Source of the DNA: a virus
Strand: one strand, 5' to 3'
Virus record (IMG/VR): IMGVR_UViG_3300020176_000010
Span: 1 to 64,000 of that record
DNA length: 64,000 nt
Position 1 is the first letter of the stretch. Each line of letters starts with the position of its first letter. The notes below the pieces were generated by a model. The model saw nothing but the letters and a program-made list of their open reading frames with translations, had not been told where the DNA came from and made no database searches. The translations under genes and the position numbers were made by a program. This document shows positions 10,901 to 20,300 of this stretch, in pieces.

Positions 10901-13900
10901 ATCCACCCGCAGCGGCGTCGACCCAAACGGCGAGCGCTGGGAAACCGTGATGCCAGCCAACTATGGCTACATCCGCGGATCTGCCATGGCGGCCGACGGC
11001 GACAAGGTGGACATCTACCTGCCGAACAACGCTCGCTCCGGTTCTCCAGCGTGGATCATCGACCAGTACAACGACGACGGCTCGTTCGACGAGACCAAGA
11101 CCGTGCTGGGCGTGCGCACCGCAGAAGAGGCGACGCGCATCTACGACGCAGGCTACTCGGATGGCTCTGGCCCGCGCCGCCGCGGCGCCGTGACCGAGAT
11201 GTCCATCGAAGACTTCAAGGCCTGGGCCAACTCCGCAGCCGCCAAGAAGCCAGCCGGCGCGCCGCGCGTGATGGATGAGCAGGCGGCGATCGCCGCCAGC
11301 GCCGCAGCCGACGGCCTGCGGGTCACCGGAACCATGCCCGTTCGCATCGATGGCGAGACCAGGAACATCGGCCTCGTGTCCGAGTTGCCTGATGCCGAGT
11401 CGATCGCGCGCGGCGGCCGCGCCACGCGCATCTCCAAGAAGCAGGGCGAGGTGCTGCAGGCAATCGCTCAGGCGTTTGGCAAGAGGGTTCAGTTCTTCTA
11501 CGAGCCAAAGAACGTCGGCGCCGGCGATGGGTTCATCATGAACAACGACCGGTCGACGATCTACCTGAACACCGTGTCAGGCCGCTCGCCGATCGTCGTG
11601 TTCGGCCACGAGCTGATGCACCAGCTCAAGCGCGACAACCCAGAAGCGCACGCAGCCATTGCGGCAGTCGTTGAGCGCCGCGTGAACCGCCAGGCCGCCG
11701 ACAACCTGTACGGCAAGGAGCTTGGCTACTCCGGCGACTCGGTGATGGAGGAGCTTATCTCCGACATCGGCGGTGACCTCATGTCTGACAAGACCTTCTG
11801 GTCCGACGTCATGGATGAGGTGCACGCGCAAAACGACACCAAGGCTGCGCGCAAGATCATCGTCAAGCTGGCTGATTTCCTGATGCGCTCGATCGAAGCG
11901 CTGTCGCGGAACCTGCGCAGCTACGCCGACACCGGCGCAGGCTCGAAGCTGGTCGACGACATGACCGAGATTCGAGCCGCCTTCCGAGGCGCCCTGGCTG
12001 ACTACATCAAGCAGCAAGGCATCAGCAAGCCAGCCATGCAGGCTGAGATCCTGAAGGCCGGACAGGATGCAAAACGGTCTGCCGGCCGCACCACAAAGAG
12101 CGACGTTCAGGGCGACATGTTCCAAGGCGACATGATTGGCCCGGACGAGAAGGTTGCAACAGGACGCGTCATTGACAGCAAGGGAGGCACCGAGGAAGGC
12201 GGGAATGTCGACAGCGCTGGGCGCCAGATTGCCCCAACACGCCAGGCTCTCGAGAACTTCTGGAAGTGGTTTGGCGATAGCGATGCGGTTGACGACAACG
12301 GCCGCCCATCCTTGTACCACCACACCACGCGCAACGACTTCGATAAGTTCGAGGCGAATCGCGTTACAAAGAACAGCGGCACATTCGACGAATGGGAGAC
12401 ATCACGCGCCGCGATCTTCTTCACGGAATCGCTGGAAGATAGCCAGGCCTACGGTAAGGCCGGAAAGGGCTTCGAGCCTGGCGCCAACGTCATGCCGGTG
12501 TACCTGAAGGCTGAGAACATTCTTGACATGACGAGCGGCTATCTGCCCAGCTACGGAAGAGATGCAGCCCGCATCGAAGAGGCCGGACTGAACCCGCGCT
12601 ACATGGATCGGTTCGACTGGTCCAAGTTCGACGACGAAGATGGCAAGGAGATGGTCGATGCACTCAAGCGCGCCGGCTATGACGCGGTCAAATTCTGGGA
12701 TCAGAATCCAGACACGCAAGAAGACTTCCAGGCGCTCGCCGTCTTCTCGCCGGAGCAGATCAAATCAGCTCTCGGCAACCGCGGAACATTTGACAGCGCG
12801 GATGCCAACATCACACGCAGCGCAAGCCGCGATGACGCCCTGACCGTCGAGGCCTACCACTTCAGCCGCCAGCCGCGCAACGTACTCAGCACCGGCGCGT
12901 ACGGCTCGGGCCTGCAGGGCAGCGACCGTGACGCCATCATGGACCACCCAGACAAGCGCCTGCGCAAGCGCCTCTACTTCTATGTGAACAAGGGTACTGG
13001 CGTGCGCCCAGAGTCTGGCGTTGGCGGCATTGCCCATAAGGCCATCCTGTCGAACATCTACGACAGCGACGCTGACGCAAAGCGCCTCAAGCAGGGCCGC
13101 GACAAGCGCGCCTTCGAGAGCGCCGTGCTGGATGCTGGCTATGACGGCTACCTGGCCCGCCTGGACGGCACCCAGCCCGGGCAGGTCATCCTGCTTGGTC
13201 AGAAGACCGTGGAGCCAGAGGTGCTGGGCCAGCGCACGCAGATCCCAGAAGCCAAGGCTGTGCCGCAGCCAGCGCAGCGGAGCATGGATGCTGGCGATCG
13301 GATCATGGCCAACAGCAGCCTGCCGGCTGGCCGCATGGACCTCGGCATGTGGTCTCGCGTGCTGCGCGGGATGATGCCTGACGTGCATGCGCAGCTGGAC
13401 GCGGCAGGCGTGTTTGATGGCGACGGCTCGTTCTACAAGGATGAGTTGGTTGCCCGTGCGCGCAAGTCGCAACCCATCGCCGCCCAGAGTAAGGGGCGCG
13501 AGGCCAAGATCGAGAAGCTGGCGCCCGTGGCGCAGCGCGGCCAGCGCGTGGTTGGCCAGCGCGTCACACTGTCTGCCGATGAGAAGCAGGCCATCGAGTT
13601 CTCCGCAGAAACGACCGGCGTCTCCGCCAAGGAAATCACGCGCGTCGTTCGAGAGCACAAGCTGGCGCATCCAACATCGCAAGGCTGGGCCCCGCTCAAT
13701 TTCGCCAAGACAAAGATCGAGAAGGGAAAGATCGCCTACGAATATGACAAGGTGCCATACAGCTTCAATGCTGACGCGGATGGCCGCGCGCTGAAGCCTG
13801 GCACTACGGAGTACGACCGCCGTGTTGGCGCCGTTGCGCGTCGCATGACCGACGAGGTGCGTCGTGTGCACCAGCGCGCAGCAGATGGCGACAAGAATGC

Positions 13901-16900
13901 AGAGAACATCCTGGCCCAGGCCGGGTGGTACAAGTCGATGCGCGCCCGCCTTCGCCATGAGTTCGGCGGCCTGGGCGACCTGTTCGCAGACCTGCTTGGC
14001 GCTACCAGCCCCAACACTCCAGTGCGCGACAACTGGACCAACGCCGTGGACTCTCTGCGCCGCGCCACGCGTGGCGACTTCGACCAGCTGATCCCTGCAT
14101 GGGAGGCGTGGGCGGATGACATCGATGCGCGCGAGACCGAGCTGCGAGCCTGGTTCAATGGCCAAATGGCAGACGGCAAGAGCAAGAAGGCCATCAAGGA
14201 ATCCGCTGAGTACAAGGAAAAGCTGGACAGCCTGATCGCTGCGCGCGAGCTGCCTGACGCCCTGCTGCCTACCAAGGAGACCGGCAAGAAGTACGGCTTC
14301 AACGGCCGCAATGTGGCGCGCGCCATGGTCGATCTGTGGCGTGTCGTGCGCGATGCGGACCCCGACGTCAAGCGCGGCGGCACGGCGCCAAAGGCAGTGA
14401 ACTTCAGCGGGAACCTGATCGGCTTCCGTGAGCGCGCAACCATCGACGTGTGGGCGGCCCGCATGCTGCAACGCCTGTCTGGCGGATTGCGCGTGCCGAG
14501 CATGGCTGAGGTCGGCGTGAGTGGCGAGATGCGCGCAGATGGCGCCACCACACTGCAGTTCGGGTTTGGCCAGGACGTCTTCTCGGATGCGGTGAAGCGC
14601 ATCCGCAAGGATCCAGAACTCAAGACCAACGACACGCTGGCCAAGATCAACGATGACGACCTGCAGGCTGTGGTCTGGTTCGTTGAGAAGGAGATCTGGA
14701 CAGCCAACAACTGGACCAGCGCAGCTGGCGAGGGCGGGTCGTTCGAGCTCGAGGCCAGCCTGTCTGGCTCCGCGGAACAGGAGCGCATCAAAGAGCTGCG
14801 CCGCATCATCGACTCCAGCAAGTCCAAGCCGGACGCAAAGGCCAAGGCCCGCGCGGAGCTGGCCAAGCTGGAGCGCACCGTGGACCGCTTTGTGGGCGGC
14901 CTGTCTACGCAGATGTCGATGGACACCCAGGGCATCGACTTTGTGCCACAGGACTCCGACATGGCTCGCCTGTCCAACGAGGTGACCACCGCGATCTACG
15001 AAGACGATAGCGCCACCGCCGTGCTGGCATCGAAGGCCCTGGCCACCGAGGGCCGGTACGGAGGCATCGAGCGCTCACTCGACCTCGAGGTTGTTGCGCG
15101 TGAAGGCTACAAGCCGGCGGCGCTGTGGAAGAAGATGCTCGAGATCGCCGATCGCGCCAAACAGGACAGCACGTTCCTGTCCCGCGTGCTGCGCGACGAC
15201 GAGGAGGTTGATATGCTGCGCCACCGCCCTGGCGTGGAGATCTATTTCCGTGAGGCCGCATCGCGCGAAAAGCTCGAGCGGGTGCTTGGAGAGTTGGCCA
15301 ACGAGGGGGTCGAGTTCCTGACTGTCATCGTTGATGGTCGCCGCATGTCTGACGCCGTCAAGGGCCAGATGCCACCGGCCGTCGGTGTGCGCATGCAGTA
15401 CGTTCCAGAGTTCGATCAGCGGTATGGTTTCGACGACCTTAGCTCCTTGGATGATGCTGCTCTTGCAGCTAAAATCCAGGACAAGGCCGCGGAAATGACC
15501 GCACTTGCAGACCGCGTCGCAAAGGCGGTCGGGAATGTCTCATTTGCCAGCCAGTTCTGGTACGAGACTGATGTGGCGTTTGGCCACGAATACCAGGAGA
15601 AAATTGATGCCATCACAACTGGAAGTGCTGAAGGATCAGCTGCGCAGGCTGGAGGCCGAGAATGGGCCGGACGGACCGCTCGCGCGGGGCTTGAAAGCGC
15701 GAATCGCCAAGCTCGAGAAACCGCACGCACCCAACCCGGTGGAGATGTACTCGATCGGAACCAGGCCGGCACCAATGACGCAGGACGGCCAGGCGCTACC
15801 GGAAGCGCCAACTCGGGATCAGTTCAAGACGCAGGCGGAGTTCGAAGAAGCGCTCGGCGGATGGCGCTCGATGGTGGGCAGGATCAGAGGATTGAAGGCC
15901 GGGAAGAAGACGGAAGCCTGACCGGCCTGCCGCGCGACTTCAACATCGCCGGCCAGCAGATCCGCGCAAGCCACTGGGCGCCCGCCGAGGCTGTCGCGCG
16001 CAAGTACATGGCTGATGCTGGGCTGGAGTACACACCACCAGCCCGCTACGCCAAGGTCGATCCAGAGCGCGCAAAGCGCATCGCGGCCGAGTACGACAAG
16101 CTCAAGCACGACCCACAAAATCCGCAGGTCAAGGCGGCCTATGAAGCCCTAGCCCGCGAGACGATCGCACAGTACAGCGCCGTCATCGATAGCGGCCTGC
16201 AGGTCGAGTTCATCGACTTCGCCAAGCAGGGTGACCCATACGCAGCAAGCCCGCGCCTCATGACGGAGGATGTGCGCAACAACAACCACATGTGGCTGTT
16301 CAGCACACGCGACGGGTTTGGCTCTGACGCCGAGTTTGACCCGATCGACAACCCGCTGCTCGCCGAGACGGAGTTCACCATCAGTGGCCAGAAGGCCTTG
16401 GTGAATGACTTGTTCCGCGTGGTGCACGACTACTTTGGCCACGTCAAGGAGGGCGTCGGCTTCCGCGCAGACGGCGAAGAGAACACCTGGCGCGCGCACA
16501 GCTCGATGTTCTCACCACTGGCGCAGCGCGCACTCACCACCGAGACGCGGGGGCAGAATTCCGCAGTGAACTTTTCCTCGAAACCTCTGTTCCAAGTGAT
16601 TGGTGAACACAGGGCGAGGATGCTTTATGACGAAGGATATGCGCGGAGGGTTGCGCGAGACGAAGCCGGTGACGTACGCCGGCGTGACGTACAGGACGTC
16701 AAGGGATTGTCCGGTGTATCCGGTCTGGAACGGGATGATGTATCGGTGCTTCAACCCCAAGGCTCCGAGCTTCAAGCACTACGGCGCCCGGGGAATAACG
16801 GTGGATCCACTGCTGCAGACTCTGCAGGGGTTCCTGGACGTGATGGGGCTTCCGCCGACACCGGCACACCAGATCGACAGGATCAACAACGACGGCAACT

Positions 16901-17303
16901 ACGAGCCGGGCAATCTGCGCTGGGCAACGCCAACGGAGAACCTTCGCAACAAGCGAACCTCTCGGATGTTGACGCACAACGGCAGGACGCAGGCGATGTC
17001 GGCATGGGCCGAGGAGCTAGGGCTGTCGACGCAGGCACTCAAGGCTCGGCTCGACAGGTACAACTGGACAGTCGATCAGGCACTCGAGACGCCTCTGGGG
17101 ACGGGCGGGAGCCGCTTTGGAAAACGATCACCGTAGGTGAGCACAACAGAACCGCCAGCTCCGGCGACACGCACTACGCCGACCAGAAGGTTGGCCTGCT
17201 GCCACAGTGGGTCAGCGAAGAAGGTCGTCGCGATTCAACGCCGGCCGAATACAATCAGCGCATCGAGGCGATGAAAGATCTGATCGCCTGCCTCCGCAAC
17301 TAA
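7944..17303 (+). CDS. Giant polyvalent virion protein 1 (glucosaminidase, InPase-like, HExxH metallopeptidase, ART-PolyVal, further unnamed domains)
   Basis: 3119 aa; GQWGLETGWG..NNLGNIK..GYAEDPDY (GH73-like, ~8090-8500); ENPQGSTRSGVD..YGYI..DGDKVDIY (~10800-11250); HELMH (11607-11621); FWKWFGDS..YHHT..EQIKSALGNRGTFD (~12250-12830). Confidence 0.85.
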   Translation: MAQQDFSDIASLIPDAQPSAATKPAAQQQASEFSDISALLPDAAPAQSGVDGFVAQYRPLAERVAKQAGVAPEAILGQWGLETGWGKSVIPGTNNLGNIKDFSGGGVLATDNMTGSRDAYRKYGSAEDFGDDFAGLLARRYKSAIGSGQNAERYFTALKTSGYAEDPDYVKKGVAATQMAARAMGSAAPASLQAKSEYGSIQPQPPRSTFDAIKDMGSALWQGAKSTARSVGATGSAYIGNLSDVELAAEAQKSDVANNPAALQSLQGEIARRKAANPNAGILDAAADVIGAALQNKEGMAQMVANQAPNSAVALGGAWAGGKAGAAVGSAFGPAGTVVGGVLGGLAGMFLGNAAMETGGKAIEKAEGGFTPQERTEAIEEGAVKAGVITAVDAATFKLGGAIASSLNKGAIRAGARAEAKVLADAGINIADGAEIVAALAKNPALRKTAIEAGEKAAKAASSTASRIGTAGTLLTTETLGEGVGEYGGELAATGQADPYDAALEAISSFSQSAPQAAMSMVQSASNRLDTKAIVAAAPEMAPVIEKAATPNSPLSRAAMAANTPEVVAQRQAERSAQAGALGDASAAEAAPAAAKDAGVRLAELEAIAKGTPSQQVTDESGNPLTIPGEPGRFFTQEEKAEYDQLVQMRDATEKVRNADKPQVDEISTRVEEISASIRENGTLQAMRDAGENTNALLKDLAIAKSKSTAAAQREQALARVEFALGMSDQLMPARQPREAADPIQAQLSNPQISEVDREELSINYFASKNQALPEKTRQRALERAQEIVGRYAAPSTGRAEGDLSPAVLADIAPQPGSPEEALRQAERFDSGAYQFKAEGFPDEAAELELQADAARKEAAVRREAIELANRVEQVPAPAVATPAGPGPAALRKRKATLRQLVDNGLGRVERRNDGFFLVSQNGRQEFKLDGMADAQLARTAIADSIRDGAAKANTNPTEGQKQAGNYKVGEIKFDGLTLAVENPQGSTRSGVDPNGERWETVMPANYGYIRGSAMAADGDKVDIYLPNNARSGSPAWIIDQYNDDGSFDETKTVLGVRTAEEATRIYDAGYSDGSGPRRRGAVTEMSIEDFKAWANSAAAKKPAGAPRVMDEQAAIAASAAADGLRVTGTMPVRIDGETRNIGLVSELPDAESIARGGRATRISKKQGEVLQAIAQAFGKRVQFFYEPKNVGAGDGFIMNNDRSTIYLNTVSGRSPIVVFGHELMHQLKRDNPEAHAAIAAVVERRVNRQAADNLYGKELGYSGDSVMEELISDIGGDLMSDKTFWSDVMDEVHAQNDTKAARKIIVKLADFLMRSIEALSRNLRSYADTGAGSKLVDDMTEIRAAFRGALADYIKQQGISKPAMQAEILKAGQDAKRSAGRTTKSDVQGDMFQGDMIGPDEKVATGRVIDSKGGTEEGGNVDSAGRQIAPTRQALENFWKWFGDSDAVDDNGRPSLYHHTTRNDFDKFEANRVTKNSGTFDEWETSRAAIFFTESLEDSQAYGKAGKGFEPGANVMPVYLKAENILDMTSGYLPSYGRDAARIEEAGLNPRYMDRFDWSKFDDEDGKEMVDALKRAGYDAVKFWDQNPDTQEDFQALAVFSPEQIKSALGNRGTFDSADANITRSASRDDALTVEAYHFSRQPRNVLSTGAYGSGLQGSDRDAIMDHPDKRLRKRLYFYVNKGTGVRPESGVGGIAHKAILSNIYDSDADAKRLKQGRDKRAFESAVLDAGYDGYLARLDGTQPGQVILLGQKTVEPEVLGQRTQIPEAKAVPQPAQRSMDAGDRIMANSSLPAGRMDLGMWSRVLRGMMPDVHAQLDAAGVFDGDGSFYKDELVARARKSQPIAAQSKGREAKIEKLAPVAQRGQRVVGQRVTLSADEKQAIEFSAETTGVSAKEITRVVREHKLAHPTSQGWAPLNFAKTKIEKGKIAYEYDKVPYSFNADADGRALKPGTTEYDRRVGAVARRMTDEVRRVHQRAADGDKNAENILAQAGWYKSMRARLRHEFGGLGDLFADLLGATSPNTPVRDNWTNAVDSLRRATRGDFDQLIPAWEAWADDIDARETELRAWFNGQMADGKSKKAIKESAEYKEKLDSLIAARELPDALLPTKETGKKYGFNGRNVARAMVDLWRVVRDADPDVKRGGTAPKAVNFSGNLIGFRERATIDVWAARMLQRLSGGLRVPSMAEVGVSGEMRADGATTLQFGFGQDVFSDAVKRIRKDPELKTNDTLAKINDDDLQAVVWFVEKEIWTANNWTSAAGEGGSFELEASLSGSAEQERIKELRRIIDSSKSKPDAKAKARAELAKLERTVDRFVGGLSTQMSMDTQGIDFVPQDSDMARLSNEVTTAIYEDDSATAVLASKALATEGRYGGIERSLDLEVVAREGYKPAALWKKMLEIADRAKQDSTFLSRVLRDDEEVDMLRHRPGVEIYFREAASREKLERVLGELANEGVEFLTVIVDGRRMSDAVKGQMPPAVGVRMQYVPEFDQRYGFDDLSSLDDAALAAKIQDKAAEMTALADRVAKAVGNVSFASQFWYETDVAFGHEYQEKIDAITTGSAEGSAAQAGGREWAGRTARAGLESANRQARETARTQPGGDVLDRNQAGTNDAGRPGATGSANSGSVQDAGGVRRSARRMALDGGQDQRIEGREEDGSLTGLPRDFNIAGQQIRASHWAPAEAVARKYMADAGLEYTPPARYAKVDPERAKRIAAEYDKLKHDPQNPQVKAAYEALARETIAQYSAVIDSGLQVEFIDFAKQGDPYAASPRLMTEDVRNNNHMWLFSTRDGFGSDAEFDPIDNPLLAETEFTISGQKALVNDLFRVVHDYFGHVKEGVGFRADGEENTWRAHSSMFSPLAQRALTTETRGQNSAVNFSSKPLFQVIGEHRARMLYDEGYARRVARDEAGDVRRRDVQDVKGLSGVSGLERDDVSVLQPQGSELQALRRPGNNGGSTAADSAGVPGRDGASADTGTPDRQDQQRRQLRAGQSALGNANGEPSQQANLSDVDAQRQDAGDVGMGRGARAVDAGTQGSARQVQLDSRSGTRDASGDGREPLWKTITVGEHNRTASSGDTHYADQKVGLLPQWVSEEGRRDSTPAEYNQRIEAMKDLIACLRN
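15447..15475 (+). promoter_or_regulatory. Sigma70-like promoter internal to giant gene
   Basis: TTGGAT-N17-TAAAAT about 130 nt upstream of nested ORF 15607. Confidence 0.55.
15607..15921 (+). CDS. Nested overprinted protein (+1 frame within giant gene), 104 aa
   Basis: AGGAGA RBS 6 nt before ATG; protein-like MPSQLEVLKDQLRRLEAENG...; host-frame translation over this span is low-complexity G/A/R-rich. Confidence 0.65.
   Translation: MPSQLEVLKDQLRRLEAENGPDGPLARGLKARIAKLEKPHAPNPVEMYSIGTRPAPMTQDGQALPEAPTRDQFKTQAEFEEALGGWRSMVGRIRGLKAGKKTEA
16627..17136 (+). CDS. HNH homing endonuclease overprinted in +1 frame within giant gene
   Basis: GAGGA RBS; W..MMYRC.NP....FKHYGARGITV...IDRINNDGNYEPGNLRWAT...N.RNKR motif. 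Confidence 0.85.
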   Translation: MTKDMRGGLRETKPVTYAGVTYRTSRDCPVYPVWNGMMYRCFNPKAPSFKHYGARGITVDPLLQTLQGFLDVMGLPPTPAHQIDRINNDGNYEPGNLRWATPTENLRNKRTSRMLTHNGRTQAMSAWAEELGLSTQALKARLDRYNWTVDQALETPLGTGGSRFGKRSP

Positions 17304-17315
17304 GGACCGAAGTAC

Positions 17316-20300
17316 ATGGCCCAGATTACGAACTGCCTGAAGCTCATCTCCCGCATGCCTGAGAGCGACCAGGACGCACTGGTTTCTCGACTTGACGAGC
17401 TGCAGGCTCTCGGCGTTCCTGCGCAGCGCGCACAGGTGCAGGCGGCCATCGACCTGATGTCGCGCCTGGAGCGCGAGGCAAACCCGCAGGGTATTCAACG
17501 CAGCGCAGCGCGCGACGTCACCGAGACGCCGGAGTTCCGCAGCTGGTTTGGCGATAGCAAGGTGGTGGATGCCGATGGCAAGCCGCTTGTCGTGTACCAC
17601 GCAACCACATCGAACATTAAAAAGTTCTCGACGAAGAAGTCAGCAGGCGGCTTCTACTTCACGCCAAACGCCGAAGATGCATACCCAAGCAAGCGCGGCG
17701 AAATGACGTCCGAGCGCGGTCTCAATGTGATGCCAGCCTACCTGGCCATCAACAGCCCACTGCGGACCAGCGACCCAGCCGATTGGCACAGGCTTGACGC
17801 AGACCGACGCTCCAGCATCGAGGATCGCGGATTTGACGGCGTCATTGTTGAAAACGAAGACGGGTCTGTGCGCGAGTACATCGCCTTCGAGCCCAGCCAG
17901 ATCAAGTCCGCCATCGGAAACCGGGGCACCTTCGACCCGGCCGACCCCGACATCACCCGCAGCGCATCCCGCCTGCCCGCCGGTGTTGAAATCATCGAGG
18001 TCGATGATGGCTTCGACGCCATGCAAGACGGCAAGCGCATCGGCCGCCTGCGCGACAACCTGCCACGCGGCGCCGCTGAGCGGCTGGACGAAAACGCCAG
18101 CGTCGACATCGTCAAGGTCGAGAACGAGTTCAAGGGCCAAGGTGTTGGCGCGGCCCTGTACGACGCCTTCTACGAGAAGCACGGCGGCCGCATCGCGCCA
18201 TCCGGCAAGACCTCGCCAGAGGCCTGGGCCCTGTGGAAGCGCAAGTTCCCTCAGAAGGTGCAGGAGTTCGTGCAGGCCGAAGCTCAGCGCATCCGCGACG
18301 GCGCAGACCCATTCATGGTCATGCGCAACATCACCGACAAGGACGTAGCGCGCGACGTGGCCATTGCGGCGGGCGACAACGTTATCCGCAGCGTGGCGCG
18401 GAATGTGGTCGATAGCGCCGAGTTCAAGCGCTGGTTCGGCGACAGTAAGGTGGCGGATGCCGAGGGTAAGCCGCTGGTGGTGTATCACGGCAGCCGATAC
18501 AACGCCGACATCAAGAGGTTCAGCGCAGCAAAGTCCGAGCAATCGGCGGCGGAGCGCGGAATCTACTTTACCGACAGCGCAGATCATGCAGATCAATACG
18601 CGAGCCAGTGGGGAGACGCCAGCCCAGAAGACGGCGGCTCAATTTACCCCGTCTATCTGAAGATTGAAAACCCCTACGTTTCCAATGCGTGGGAGTGGAA
18701 CATGGGCACAGACATCACGCCAGCCCAAGCTCGCAAACGAGGGCATGATGGCTACGTGATTCAAAACCACGAGGGCGGCACAACCTACATCGCCTTCCGC
18801 CCCGAGCAGATCAAGAGCGCCATCGGCAACCGCGGCACGTTCGACCCATCCGACACCGACATCACGCGCAGCGCCGCGCGCCCCGAATTCTTCAGCCAGC
18901 TGCAGCGCTCCATCGAACAAGTGCCAGACCGCCTGGCCACCATGTCTGCGCCACAGTGGAAGCTCTGGCTTGACGCCAATGCAGCCAAGCTGGGCGTAAA
19001 GAAGGACGAGATTGAGTGGTCAACAATCAAGGATTACTTGACACTTCGTGGCAAGGACAAGGTCACGCGCGACGAGTTGGCGGCATACCTGTCTGACAGC
19101 GGTGTGCGGGTGCGGGAGGTTGTTCTTGGTGGCGGCGGCACTGAAAAGGTAACCTTGGTTCGAGACTCAACCAGGCAGGACGCATGGGGAGAAGTCGTCG
19201 TCTATCGAAGCTCCGACGGGGCTTTCGTTGTCGAGAATGGAATTGGTGGGCAGAGCTGGTCGGTTCAGGATGCCGATTCATACGACAGCGACTACTCAGA
19301 AGACGATGGAAGCTACGCAGGAAGCTTCAGCTCACGCGAAGCTGTAGAGTCTTTCATCAATGGCCAGACGCAGGCCGCCGACCCATATTACTCCGGCGTT
19401 GGATCGAACCCAGCAACCAAGTATGGCGCCTATACCGTGCCCGGCGGCCCGCTCTCGCGCGATACTGAGATCCTGACCCGTGATGGCTGGATGCGGATGG
19501 ATGAGGTTCAGATCGGCGACGAGGTCATGACGCGACGAGATGAAGACGGCGGCCTGGAGTGGCAGCCAGTTGAAGCGCTGCCGACCGTTTACGCAGAAAA
19601 GCTATACCACTTCAAGAATCAATCGATCAACATGCGCGTCACGCCATGCCACAAGATGGTAGTCAAGCGTCGGCGCAGATCAACGGGCGAGATCGTTCGC
19701 GTCACGGCAGAGCAGCTTTGGGGCATGTCGGAGATGGTAGCCCCACTCACGGGGTCATGGGGCGGCGGTGAATTCTCTGACCTGTTTGATCAAGATCCTG
19801 GAGATGTCGCTGAGCTGCTTGGGTGGTTTATTGCAGAAGGCCACTACAAGACGGAGGCGGATGGCAAGAAGTCAACCATCGGTATTGCTCAGTGCCGATC
19901 AGCAAACAGCGACAAGTGCGCCCGTATCGAGTCCCTATTGGGGAGGATGGGTATCGCCTGGAATTACTCTGGCGGTCAGTATTGGCTGGGTGTCAAGAAG
20001 ATGTCTGCCGATCTGGTGCAGCTTCTGCATGCACAAGGGAAATCTGCTGAAAAGTATGTGCCTGGCTTCATGTTCAATGCGCCAGCCAGCGTCATTCAGC
20101 GCATGCTTGATGGCCTCTTGCTTGGCGATGGCTGCCTTGTAAAGCAGAATGGCCGAAAGCCTCGGTGGACATACCACACGAAATCCAAGCAGCTGGCAGA
20201 TGATGTCCAGGTGCTTGCTCTTCTCGTTGGTAAACGTGGATCCGTGTCTCGGCGCAAGACGGGTCTTTACACGGTCACCATCAATGATAAGCAGTGGGCG

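Noticed and set aside
12136-12507. Further +1-frame ORF in the giant gene
   Set aside because: Low-complexity translation over a well-formed host domain; no clear RBS or promoter
12765-14989. Long minus-strand ORFs (568 and 417 aa) inside the giant gene
   Set aside because: Antisense frames expected from GC3 bias; no RBS or recognisable domains
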